Below are positions 30,904-40,826 of a DNA stretch of 64,000 bases, in pieces. Both the position numbers and the translations under genes were made by a program. The notes beneath the pieces are model-generated. The model searched no databases. It had not been told where the DNA came from and saw only the letters and a list, made by a program, of their open reading frames with translations. Origin of the DNA: a bacterium (lineage in GTDB: Bacteria; SAR324; NAC60-12); the NCBI GenBank assembly GCA_965205865.1, contig CBDBHR010000027.1, positions 96,001 through 160,000 on the forward strand, written 5' to 3'. Position 1 is the first letter of the stretch; the number at the start of each line of letters is the position of its first letter.

Positions 30904-32316
30904 TCACACCCCGTGTGGCGCGTTTGAGGCCGAGCCTAAGATTTCTTCGGCAAAGCACATCGCCTTGAGCACACGGATGTCGTCGCGTTGCCTGCCGATG
31001 ATCTGCATTCCCACGGGCATTCCTGAGCGTGTGAACCCCGCATTCACAGTGCCGGCAGGATTGCGGGTCATGTTGATGCCCTGCGTAAAACCAACCGCCC
31101 AACCGGGTGAAAGGTCGCCGTTTACCAGCCCTTCGTAGCTGCCAATCTTGGGTGCCTGTCCCTGCAACGTCGGCGAAAGAATCAGCGGCGCCTCTTGAAA
31201 TACCTCCTCCAATCGATAGTTCAGGGTGAAACAAGCGTCGATCGCGCGGGCATAGTCCACCGCCGTGATCTGTTCCAGGCCATACTCGATCGCCAGGCGG
31301 AGACGCTCATCGATAAGCTCCCAATCGGCAGTACCGCGTAGATGTCCGTGAGCTCGAGCCCGGGAGGCTGTCCAGATGACCCACCATTGTTTGATCGGAT
31401 CTGCTTGCCAAATGTCCTCGCGTTCGATCACCTCCACGCCCGCTTCCTTCAGTTTTGCCACGGCTTCGCTGACAATGGCAGCGATTTCAGAGTCCACCTC
31501 GGCATATCCCATTGTACGTGAAAAGAGCACGCGCTCGGGTTTGTTGTCATGATCCAGTTGGGGGCGCCAGTCGGGGCCGTCTTTCGGCAAACCAAAAATA
31601 TCCGTCGCTTCATCTCCCCTGACGGCGTCCAAGGCATAAGCGGAGTCACGCGCGCAAAGCGCCATAGGACCTCTGAGCGTGAGGATTCCAGCTCCCGGTG
31701 GTTTGGGTCCACCGAGGGGAACACGCCCCTGGCTCGTCTTGATGCCACTGAGACCGCATAGCGCGCTGGGAATACGAATACTGCCGCCACCATCACTGCC
31801 AGTACACAATGGCACGACTCCCCCGGCAATTGCAGCCGCAGAACCTCCGGAGGACCCACCGGTATTGTAATCGAGGTTCCAGGGGTTCCGCGACGCGCCA
31901 AACGGTCGATTGTCGGTCTCTCCACGGTGACCAAACTCCGAGGTGTTGGTTTTGCCGACAACGATGCAACCTGCCACCTTAAGCCGGGCAACGAGGGGTG
32001 AGTCGATATCTGCGGGAGCATCGTTGACGTGCAATGCGGATCCGTGAGTCGTTACGAACCCTTTTGCATCTTCGAGATCCTTGATACCAACCGGTATTCC
32101 GGCAAGCGGTCCCACCGCATCACCTCGTGCCAGACTTTTATCAATCGCGTCCGCCGTCTCGAGGGCTTTCTCGGGAGCCACTGCGCAGAACGCATTCAAA
32201 GCGTCGTGCGCACTCTCGATGTTCTGTAATGCGCTCTCCACCATTTCACGGGCCGAGAGTTCTTTCAGGCGCAGGCGCTTTACCCAACCTTCCACGCTGT
32301 TTGTTCTGAAATCCAT
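30904..32316 (-). CDS. Amidase (amidase-signature family)
   Basis: GIKDL, GKTN, GGSSGGS and GSDGGGSIRIP motifs. Confidence 0.92.
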   Translation of the reverse strand: MDFRTNSVEGWVKRLRLKELSAREMVESALQNIESAHDALNAFCAVAPEKALETADAIDKSLARGDAVGPLAGIPVGIKDLEDAKGFVTTHGSALHVNDAPADIDSPLVARLKVAGCIVVGKTNTSEFGHRGETDNRPFGASRNPWNLDYNTGGSSGGSAAAIAGGVVPLCTGSDGGGSIRIPSALCGLSGIKTSQGRVPLGGPKPPGAGILTLRGPMALCARDSAYALDAVRGDEATDIFGLPKDGPDWRPQLDHDNKPERVLFSRTMGYAEVDSEIAAIVSEAVAKLKEAGVEVIEREDIWQADPIKQWWVIWTASRARAHGHLRGTADWELIDERLRLAIEYGLEQITAVDYARAIDACFTLNYRLEEVFQEAPLILSPTLQGQAPKIGSYEGLVNGDLSPGWAVGFTQGINMTRNPAGTVNAGFTRSGMPVGMQIIGRQRDDIRVLKAMCFAEEILGSASNAPHGV

Positions 32317-32450
32317 TGTTTTTCTCCTTTGATATGATCGTTACCACACACTCGCTGAGGAGATTTGTTTCATAGAGCCTCCTGTTCAGAGTTTTCTGAT
32401 AGTTTAATATGATTGAATTTAACAGAATAGGAACAGAATTCAAATAACTA

Positions 32451-32926
32451 ACCTGAGTTCAAGATCAATGGTTCTGACATTTTTTTTAATTCTTAATAAA
32501 TTGAAAATAAATCATTTCAAATACTTAGAAAAAGTATCTGAATTATTTACAACTCTGAGTCAGTTTCTCAGTTTGAAATAATTCAAGCAATCCCGATGAC
32601 TGTGTCATGCATGACTTGATCAGGCATCCAGGAGTTCTTTGGCAGGCCCCCTGGATTCCTGGGCAAGCCAGGAATGACATTAATTCTGTGTACGGAACAA
32701 AGAATACTTCATAGGTATTTCAAAACTGTTAGAAGTATTGTCAAGATAAGAATTTAATAAATTCAATATTTTATGGAATCTTCATATCTTAGAGAAACCT
32801 TGTCATTCCTGCGAAAGCAGGAATCCGGAGATATGCAGCCAGACTGAAATCTGGATCCCCGCTTTCGCGAGGATGACATATACACTAGGATACTCATATT
32901 ATTGAAGATTTATGTCGAACTCAGGT
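32451..32926 (+). mobile_element. MITE family A, copy 4, interrupted by a nested element
   Basis: TIRs present; flanks TAACTA/TAACTG; 194 bp once the insert and its duplication are removed. Confidence 0.88.
32466..32740. mobile_element. Nested MITE family C (275 bp) containing a REP-like dimer at 32603-32679
   Basis: Imperfect TIR CAATGGTTCTGACATTTT/CAATACTTCTAACAGTTT; 7-bp duplication TCAAGAT. Confidence 0.82.
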
Positions 32927-33068
32927 TAACTGATTGTCAGCGATGAATTGAGCAAATAACGTCTGAATGAGAGGTTACTGGAATGGAGCGAGCTCGTGTC
33001 CTGCGACACGAGCGGCGGGGAATTCCAGGACCTTTTGTTAAAATCCCGGCTTTGTTCTTTTAAAGATG

Positions 33069-33091
33069 AACCACGCCCTGAGGGCGTGGTT
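33069..33091. terminator. Perfect hairpin AACCACGCCCT-G-AGGGCGTGGTT; terminator or IS200/IS605-type end
   Basis: 11-bp inverted repeat 41 bp downstream of the minus-strand SBP gene. Confidence 0.5.
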
Positions 33092-33132
33092 TTGGTTGAC
33101 CTCCGGAAGAGATGAAGAGGGTACGTAGGATG

Positions 33133-34968
33133 CTAGAAGCCCATTTCCTTCTTCAATTCCTGGTCGATCCAGAGGCGGACGTAGACGGCGTTCTTGTTCC
33201 AGACCCCCATATAGAATTCCCCGTTATGCCCTTTGAGCCAGGGCTGGGTGACGTTATACGAGGGTTCGACAGGCCCAAAGAGAGTCCAGTGCTGCGAAAC
33301 CGCGTACAGATCGGCCTCTTTGGAGGACTTCCCCAGCTCCTCCTGGGTGGTCGCGGCTTTCATGGCATCATAGAGGGCGTTATATTTGGGGTCATTAATT
33401 GGCCCACGGTTCCAGATGGTGTTGCCGTGGTAAAACGCAAACAGAGTACTTAAAGGGTGATAGGGGGTGGCCGCAACCCACCAGGTCATCCCTTCAAACT
33501 TATGCTCGCCAGCCCGCGAGTTATACTCTGCTGCTTCATAGAGCTTCAGTTCTGCCTTAACGCCAATTTTGCGCCAGTAATCGATGACGATTGCAAAATA
33601 ATCTGTATTGAAGGCAATGTAGATGATGCCATCCATTTTCGTCGTAAACCGAATGCCATCCGCGCCACGCGGGTAGCCGGCCTCATCCAGCAGCTTCTCT
33701 GCCGCCTTCGGGTCGTAGCGATAGCCCGCATTGATTTCCTCGGGCCATTGATCATAATGGATCGCAAACTGGGTCTGAAAATTCCCGATCTGCCCTTGCG
33801 GGGTCACCACGGCTAATCCTTTATAATAGCTCTGGTTGATGGTCTCGAGATCCACAGCCATCTGCAGGGCTTTGCGCACCCGGATATCGTTAAAGGGCGG
33901 CTTGCTCACTTTATAGGCCATACCGGCATTGGAGCGAAAATAATAAGGATACACTTTGAGGTCGGGATTGGTCCGCTGGAGGCTCTCCATCGCGTCGGGG
34001 GTTTTGATCGAAGAGCCCGCATTGTGACCGATATAATCCACCTTCCCCGAGCGCAGGGCTGCGAAGCGGGTTGCTTCATCCTTCATCACCAGGCTCCTCA
34101 AGGTGTCAACATAGGGCAAGCGGTTCGCGGATACTTTTCATCGGTACCCCAATAGTCCGGATTCTTGGTCCAGGTCAGCGAGTGGCCCTCGACCCAGTCG
34201 GTCAGCTCAAAGGGCCCAAAGCCGATCCAGGTCTCCTCCAATCCAGCCGTGTCACCGTGCATGCTTGATGACCTCATTGAGGTGATATCCAGGTAAAGTG
34301 TTCTTTCGACGAGAACCCGGAGCTCATCGAGGCGGGGCTTCTTCAACTGTAATGACGACCGTATATTTGTCCGTCGCACTCGGCTCCATTCGTATTCCTG
34401 CCATGTCAAGCAGACTGAAGATGGACGGTGAGGCATGGTGAAGCCACTGCCCGTTCCCGTCAAACGGCGATAGTTATATGCGTTACCACTACAAAGGGCC
34501 ATCCAGTTCGCAGCGTGTTGTAAGCGAGCTATCTTGCGCCATTGGACCCCAAGGCGGACTGTTGGCCCAAGATATACGTGAGGGGGTCTGGATTTTCCCA
34601 ACCCTCAGCCAGCGCTGGTACAATGTGATTTTTTGCCAGATACTCGTTTCTCAGGTTATCCATGTCTCCAGTCGACCGCCCAGTTGGCCATACTGAGTTT
34701 GTCAAGCACTGCCAATCGATGGAGTGAGCTATTTGGCGGCTCCCCATTGTTGAGCAACAGGTCAAGGTTCAAAAATAATGAGGTACTTCCTTCATCTTGC
34801 AAAGAGGGTGCGGTCCCAGACCATCTCTGCTGCAAGTTCAGCGGTCACTCTTTCTCCCTGCGTACGGCCATGAATGCTCAGGATGAGGGTCCTAACAACA
34901 AGTAATTCACATTGGTCTTGAAAACTCACACCCTTCCCAAGCGGGCTGCCTTTTTCACTTTTTGCCAT
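33133..34968 (-). pseudogene. Third family-5 SBP paralog; 3' half intact, 5' half multiply frameshifted
   Basis: 33133-34119 is highly similar to the 16692 gene; fragments such as PALAEGWENPDP and GPFELTDWVEG lie in different frames upstream. Confidence 0.88.
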
Positions 34969-34992
34969 TTTTGGGTTTCCAACAATCGAGAC

Positions 34993-35432
34993 AAGATTCC
35001 CGGAGAGGATCGATCGTTTTCAAGTCCTCCCACGATATTGTTCAATCGATCGGAAACCCTCTTCTTTAAAAACACCTTAACGAAGACATAATTATAACAC
35101 ATTAAAATGTAATGTCAATCCCCTGATGTAAAATAAATTCGGGATTCGCAAAAAAAAAACAAAAAATCAATAAATCTACTCAAATCCGGGGACAGTCAGA
35201 AGCCGTTCAGTTCAATAACATTGAAAAAAGATTCCCGAGGAGGATCCATCATGTCACTTCCTCCCGCACCTATTTTGAATCGAACGGGCGGGAACCCTCC
35301 CACGATATTGTTCAATCGATCAAGCGGGGGCACCCTCTCTTTCTCTAAAACAACAAGGCATGATTCTTCACTACTACGCGGCGCAAAGCCTATAGCAAGT
35401 TTGGATCAGGAGAATTGCGCAACAATGGAGGT
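34993..35432 (-). repeat. Second copy of the 440-bp SBP upstream block, including promoter TTGACA-16-TATAAT (35118-35091)
   Basis: Reverse-complement homology to 20429-20866. Confidence 0.9.
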
Positions 35433-35480
35433 CAGCCAGACGCTGCCTGCGGTTGACAAATAATGCCGTTTCATAGACTG

Positions 35481-35708
35481 TCATCGGCGTTTTTTTCGAT
35501 AGGGATAGGGGGTTAGCCTTCCCGCTTCTTCATATCCCTGGAGGACATTTTTCAGGATTTCGTAAGGCAGGTCCGGATTGGCTTCAACGATTTCTCCAAT
35601 TTCGGTTCAATACTCAATCTGTTTCGGAATCGAGCGTATATTCATCTTCGCGGCAACCCGCATTTTACTCAAAAAGGTATCATCCAGTTTAACTGACGTT
35701 GCTGACAT
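35481..35708 (-). pseudogene. ParD-like antitoxin with an internal TGA, followed by a truncated RelE/ParE-like start
   Basis: Manual translation MSATSVKL..RSIPKQIEY*TEIGEIVEANPDLPY; AGGAG RBS; overlapping downstream MTVYETALF is cut near 35432. Confidence 0.75.
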
Positions 35709-35836
35709 ATTTTCTCCTATAACTACTAAAAGTTAGTATTTAACTACTTTTTGTAGTATATCAGCAATGAAAAATAATGCGATCGATTACTTCTCACCAC
35801 TTGAATAGCATGGTCACTCAGCAACAGGATTGAATT

Positions 35837-36259
35837 TCAAGTCGCTTGGAGCAACTTCAAGGGTTTTTGTTTGAGTAGTTGATGGGTGGCCAGCAAGGCG
35901 GTCCCAATGTTGAGGAGACTGATGCCCACAATGCTGAAGAGGGTCATTTGCCAGGAAAAACTCCAGAGGCGTTCAAAAATGATATAGGAAATAACAAAGG
36001 ACATGCCATTGCTGAGAATAACCCCGAAAATGGCAGCAAACAATCCCAGAATGCCAAACTCGATTTGTACGATGAGACGCACGTCCTGAAAACGGGCTCC
36101 GAGGACTTTCAAGAGATTGATTTCCCAAAATCGATGTTGAATCTCGTAGCGGGCAATGGAAAACAAGACCACCAGCCCAACTAGAATGGAAAGGTAGGCC
36201 ATCACACGAATTGCCCAACTGATCTTCCCGAATTTTGTCAAAGGGATCCGGCTTGGCAT
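35837..36259 (-). pseudogene. C-terminal fragment of an FtsX-like ABC permease
   Basis: EINLLKVLGA..EFGILG and PLKLL motifs; N-terminal part missing. Confidence 0.7.
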
Positions 36260-36313
36260 AATTGCTTACGCTGCCGACTCCGCAGGTTCCCCGTCGACAC
36301 AGACAAAAATTCA

Positions 36314-37234
36314 TCAACGGACACGAATGCGCGGGTCCAAAGCGTCACGAAGACCGTCACCGATGTAGTTCACGCTGAGCACGGTCAGTGAAATGGCCAG
36401 TCCCGGCCACAATATACGGGATGGCGCAATGGTGAGAAAGTTAATCCCGTTGTACAACAATCGACCCCAACTGGGGAAGTCCGAGGGAAAACCGAGTCCC
36501 AGGAAACTGAGCGCTGATTCGGTAATGATGGCGCTTGCCACTCCGAGTGTTGCCGAGACGATGATGGGGCTCGAGACGTTGGGCAGAATATGACGAAAGA
36601 TGACCCGCTGCCTATTGCTACCGGTAGCCTGCGCTGCCAGGATGAAATCCTGCTCCTTGAGCGCCAGCACGTCTCCGCGAACGATACGCGCGGTTTGCAT
36701 CCAACTCGTGATGCCGATGACGAACACCACCAAGAGGAAAATCCCCGTTTCCGGGCCGAACGCGTTACGCAGCGTCTCCCGAAACAGCATGATGATGACC
36801 AACAACAAAGGTAGCAAGGGTAAGGCGAGAAACAAATCGGTGAATCGCATCAAAGGTCCGTCCAGCACCCGGAAATAGCCTGCCAACAAGCCGATAAAGG
36901 TACCTAAAAACAAGGATATCAGCATGGCGGTGAATCCAACCGCAAGGGAAATGCGCCCACCCGCGAGTACTTGAGCGAGCATGTCCCGCCCCAGATTGTC
37001 GGTGCCGAAGGGATGCTGCCGGGAAGGCCCCTGGTTCCTGGCGGCAACGTCGAGATACTGCGGATCGACGACGCGCAAGCTGGGCCCGATGACGACGGCG
37101 AGTACTATTGCGAGGAATACCGTAATCCCAACCATCGCGCCGCCATGGGCTTTGAATTGCAGCCAGACGTCGGCCCAAAGTGAGCGATAGGCTTGTCCGG
37201 GTTCACCAGCGCCGGCCTGGATTTGATCAACCAT
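36314..37234 (-). CDS. Peptide ABC transporter permease (DppC/OppC-like)
   Basis: HPFGTDNLGRD, ESALSFLGLG and GDGLRDALDPR motifs. Confidence 0.93.
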   Translation of the reverse strand: MVDQIQAGAGEPGQAYRSLWADVWLQFKAHGGAMVGITVFLAIVLAVVIGPSLRVVDPQYLDVAARNQGPSRQHPFGTDNLGRDMLAQVLAGGRISLAVGFTAMLISLFLGTFIGLLAGYFRVLDGPLMRFTDLFLALPLLPLLLVIIMLFRETLRNAFGPETGIFLLVVFVIGITSWMQTARIVRGDVLALKEQDFILAAQATGSNRQRVIFRHILPNVSSPIIVSATLGVASAIITESALSFLGLGFPSDFPSWGRLLYNGINFLTIAPSRILWPGLAISLTVLSVNYIGDGLRDALDPRIRVR

Positions 37235-38240
37235 AGCGAATCCTTGGATCCAGTATCCCATACGTCAGATCGGCGATGAGATTGAAGAGGACGATTAAAA
37301 CGGCGAATAAGAACGTCAGTGTTTGTACCAGAGGCAGGTCCGCGCCTTGAATCGCGATAATGAGAAGTTGCCCCAGTCCGTTGACGCGAAATATTTGCTC
37401 GGTAATGATGGCGCCCGCAAAAACCTGTGGCACTCCCAAAGCGATTACCGTTACCACCGGAATCAAGCTGTTTCGCAAGACGTGAACGAGGAGCACGGTC
37501 CGCTCGGGAAGTCCTTTGGAACGCGCGGCGCGCACATAATCCCGCTTCAGATTGTCCAGCATCGAAGCGCGCATGAAACGGCTCAGTTGGGCCGCGTTGT
37601 AGAGAGCCAGGACGGCAACCGGCATGATCATCTGTTTGCATTGGACGACGAAACTCGTCCAATCGCGGACCTGGTGGGTGGTGTCGTAGATGGACGGCAA
37701 CCAACCGAGTTGCACGCTGAAGATGATGATCAGCACGACACCCGTGAAAAAGGTAGGCACCGAGTAACCCACCATCGAAGTGAACGTACCGACCTGGTCG
37801 AAAATCGAATACTGCCTGTAGGCGGAAAGGATGCCTATCGGAACCGCAATCAGAATACCGACCAGGTAAGACAAACCCATCACCCAGAGCGTTTGCGGCA
37901 ATCGCTCCACGATGAGATCCACCACCGGACTACGCGTGGCCCAGGAGCGCACTCTCGGACGTCCGGCAGAGTCACCGATGCTCATCCCCGTCCAGCGTTC
38001 CAGAAAATTGAGAGGTTCGTTGATGATGAATTGTTCCAGCCACTTGATATAACGAAGGTGAAAAGGCTGGCCCAAGCCCAGGCTATGACGGATTTTCTCG
38101 CGCACCTCCGAGGGAATGGTCAATGGCAATTGACCCGTTGGATCTCCCGGTGCGAGATCCAAGAGGGCAAATACGATAAAACTGATGGCCAGCAAAGTGG
38201 GAACGGCGAATAACAAGCGTCGGATCGAATAACTCAGCAT
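37227..38240 (-). CDS. Peptide ABC transporter permease (DppB/OppB-like)
   Basis: LAPGDP, DYVRAARSKGL, HVLRNSLIP and LDPRIR motifs. Confidence 0.93.
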   Translation of the reverse strand: MLSYSIRRLLFAVPTLLAISFIVFALLDLAPGDPTGQLPLTIPSEVREKIRHSLGLGQPFHLRYIKWLEQFIINEPLNFLERWTGMSIGDSAGRPRVRSWATRSPVVDLIVERLPQTLWVMGLSYLVGILIAVPIGILSAYRQYSIFDQVGTFTSMVGYSVPTFFTGVVLIIIFSVQLGWLPSIYDTTHQVRDWTSFVVQCKQMIMPVAVLALYNAAQLSRFMRASMLDNLKRDYVRAARSKGLPERTVLLVHVLRNSLIPVVTVIALGVPQVFAGAIITEQIFRVNGLGQLLIIAIQGADLPLVQTLTFLFAVLIVLFNLIADLTYGILDPRIRYG

Positions 38241-38312
38241 GAATCCAGGATGGAAAGAAATTTCAATAAAGCGTTGGGGCCGAAACCCCAACCTACCCCG
38301 GTCCCTGTAAAG

Positions 38313-40004
38313 CTAGCGGATACGATGCCAGTCTTCGACGTTCCAGAGTTCCGCATCCCAGACATTGTGCTTGATTCCCCCCAGTGTCAAAACGTGGGCG
38401 GAAACGCGGCCACGATGAATGAGGGGGATGTGAGAACCATGGTCTACGAGCATGTCATTCATCCGCTTGACCAGGGCCACGCGTTTTTCCAGGGAAGCCG
38501 TCATGCTCATTTGCTCGACCAATTCGTCATATTCCTCATTGCAGTAGCGCGGAACGTTGCCGCCTTGCCATTGATTCTCGGGGCTGGGAATCTGGCTGCA
38601 GGTCCAATTGACCATATAGGGCTCCGGGTCGACGTTGAGGAAGAGGTTGGTGTACATCTGGACGTCGGCATAGAATTTCTGGTAGGTGTCGGGGTTTCCC
38701 GGATCGCTGCCGAAGAAAACCGAGCCACTGATGTTTTTCAGTTCCGTCTCCACGCCGATCCGTTGCCACATTTGCTTGATGAGCGCTTGCGTGTCCTGCC
38801 GCACGTTATTGGTCGAGGTCTGGTAGAGGATGGAGAGTCGCACGCCGTCTTGTTCCCGCACGCCATCCTCACCACGCTTCCAGCCCGCTTGGTCCAACAG
38901 CATGTTGGCCTTTTCGACGTCCTGCGTCTTGCACCAGTCATTGGTGGTGGAGACGTAGATGGCAGGAGCCGGTACGACGTTGCAGGTGACCTGTCCGGTA
39001 CGACCGTAACCCGTATCGACCAGGATCTGGCGATCGATGGCAAGCGAAAGGGCACGCCGCACTGCGGAATCCCCTAAAAATGGATGCCTGCCACCTTTCA
39101 GGGTCGAACGCATGTCGCCCAGCTCCGCATCCGGGTTGGAAAGATTCACTACCAAGCGTTCGACGGCGGTGCCGAATCCGGCAACGATCTTTCCCTTGTC
39201 CACCTTTTCCATTTGCAGCATCACTTCGGGTTCGATCTGCAGGTTCCAGGCGAAATCGAACTCCCCGGTTTCCAGCACCGAGCGGGCCGCAGAAGCTGCG
39301 TCTCCCCCTCCTTTCAGCAGCACCGTGGCAAAATGAGGTTTGCCCGCTTCACGGTATTGCTCGTTGGCGGCATAGAGAGCGACGTCGTTGGCGCGAAATT
39401 CCGTCACTTTGAAAGGTCCGGTACCGACGGGCCCGAAGTTTTGCTCCGTACATTCCAGGGCTTTCGTATCACCCAGACAGTCCTGAAACTGCGCTTTTTG
39501 CAGGATGGGTTCACCGGCGCTGACAAAGAGCTCGTAGGGAAAGGGCTTGGGGACCGAATAATTCACTTTGACCGTCAGATCATCGAGTTTCTCTACGGAT
39601 GAGACGTCCCGGTAACTGGCAGTGGCGCAACTCTCCATTTGCCTGCAATACTCAGCAGTGAATACCACGTCTTCCGCTGTAAAAGGCGTACCGTCGGACC
39701 AGACGATGCCAGCTTTCAACTTCCAGGTGATCGATTTCAAATCCCCGGCAGCCTGAGGTATCGCTTGCGCCAGCACGGGAACCATGTTTCCGTTTTCATC
39801 GAAATTGGCGAGGGGTTCCAGAACCAGGGAAGACGCTTCCGTATCTTTCGAGCCCCCGGATAGATAAGGGTTCAGAATGGAAGGCGCCTGCCAGTAGATG
39901 AGTTTGAGCTGACCGTCCGCGCCACGTTGCGCATGAGCGATGCTCGTCAACATCGCCATACCCGTCAGTATGGCCACAAAGGTCTTTTTCATATTCATAT
40001 ACAT
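38313..40004 (-). CDS. Peptide ABC transporter substrate-binding protein
   Basis: Signal peptide; WQAPSILNPYLS, WSDGTPFTAEDV and GTGPF motifs. Confidence 0.93.
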   Translation of the reverse strand: MYMNMKKTFVAILTGMAMLTSIAHAQRGADGQLKLIYWQAPSILNPYLSGGSKDTEASSLVLEPLANFDENGNMVPVLAQAIPQAAGDLKSITWKLKAGIVWSDGTPFTAEDVVFTAEYCRQMESCATASYRDVSSVEKLDDLTVKVNYSVPKPFPYELFVSAGEPILQKAQFQDCLGDTKALECTEQNFGPVGTGPFKVTEFRANDVALYAANEQYREAGKPHFATVLLKGGGDAASAARSVLETGEFDFAWNLQIEPEVMLQMEKVDKGKIVAGFGTAVERLVVNLSNPDAELGDMRSTLKGGRHPFLGDSAVRRALSLAIDRQILVDTGYGRTGQVTCNVVPAPAIYVSTTNDWCKTQDVEKANMLLDQAGWKRGEDGVREQDGVRLSILYQTSTNNVRQDTQALIKQMWQRIGVETELKNISGSVFFGSDPGNPDTYQKFYADVQMYTNLFLNVDPEPYMVNWTCSQIPSPENQWQGGNVPRYCNEEYDELVEQMSMTASLEKRVALVKRMNDMLVDHGSHIPLIHRGRVSAHVLTLGGIKHNVWDAELWNVEDWHRIR

Positions 40005-40163
40005 TGTTTTCTCCTGTCAAGGGGTTATGGAAAATTACAACCGAACGTACCCGGTTCCATATCAATTAGCAAGAAAAAAGCCAGTGGATTTTCCGGGGGA
40101 GGCAAATAATGACAGTTTGCATTTGATTATTTGCGCTTCTGCGTTTTATGGTACCTCATGTTA

Positions 40164-40341
40164 CCGTGAAGAAAACTATCTAAACTACTGAAACTATATG
40201 GTTTGTTATTTTTCTTCATCCTCCGGTGTGAAAGCATAAGTTTTCATGAAGGTTACCGTGAAGAAAACTATCTAACCTACTGAAACTATATGGTTTGTTA
40301 TTTTTCTTCATCCTCCGGTGTGAAAATAATTTACATGAAGG
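40164..40341 (+). mobile_element. Head-to-tail dimer of an 86-89-bp miniature element, separated and flanked by TTA
   Basis: Units at 40164-40252 and 40256-40341; imperfect TIR CCGTGAAGAAAACT/CCTTCATGAAAACT. Confidence 0.75.
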
Positions 40342-40398
40342 TTACGTGTATATTTTTTGCATTCAGCGGTTTCCATGAATACGCTTCCCCCACAAGTG

Positions 40399-40775
40399 TG
40401 TCATTCCTGGCGAAGACCAGGAATCCAGGAGTCGCCATCATGAAAACCTACTACGTTTATATCTTAGCAAGTAAAAGAAATGGCACTTTATATATTGGAG
40501 TGACCAATGATCTTCTTAGAAGAGTTTATGAACATAAAAACAATCTCATAGAAAGATTTACCAGTAAATACCAAGTACATCAATTGGTATACTATGAGAC
40601 CACTTCAGAGCTAACAGCTGCTCTCCGGAGAGAAAAACAACTTGAGAAATGGAAACGAGCTTGGACAATCGAACTCATTGAGAAAAATAATCCTCAATGG
40701 ATAGATTTATATGAAACGTTTTAGTCACCCTGGATCGCCAGCAAAGTGGATTGCTGGTCTTCGCCAGGAATGACA
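40399..40775. mobile_element. Cassette of a GIY-YIG gene between 29-bp inverted palindromes
   Basis: TGTCATTCCTGGCGAAGACCAGGAATCCA (40399-40427) and its inverted copy (40747-40775) match at 28/29. Confidence 0.7.
40440..40724 (+). CDS. Stand-alone GIY-YIG nuclease (94 aa)
   Basis: YYVYIL..LYIGVT.DL.RR..EH and REKQL motifs; AGGAG RBS. Confidence 0.92.
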   Translation: MKTYYVYILASKRNGTLYIGVTNDLLRRVYEHKNNLIERFTSKYQVHQLVYYETTSELTAALRREKQLEKWKRAWTIELIEKNNPQWIDLYETF

Positions 40776-40826
40776 ACTCGATGAGACGCATAACTGCAAA
40801 AATCGTTCACCTAACATCAGTTATAT

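Noticed and set aside
35607-35609. TGA recoded as Trp (alternative genetic code)
   Set aside because: Many intact genes in the window end in TGA and use TGG for Trp, so a nonsense mutation is simpler.
37323-39077. Long plus-strand ORFs (296 and 275 aa)
   Set aside because: They are antisense shadows of the GC-rich dpp-like genes.
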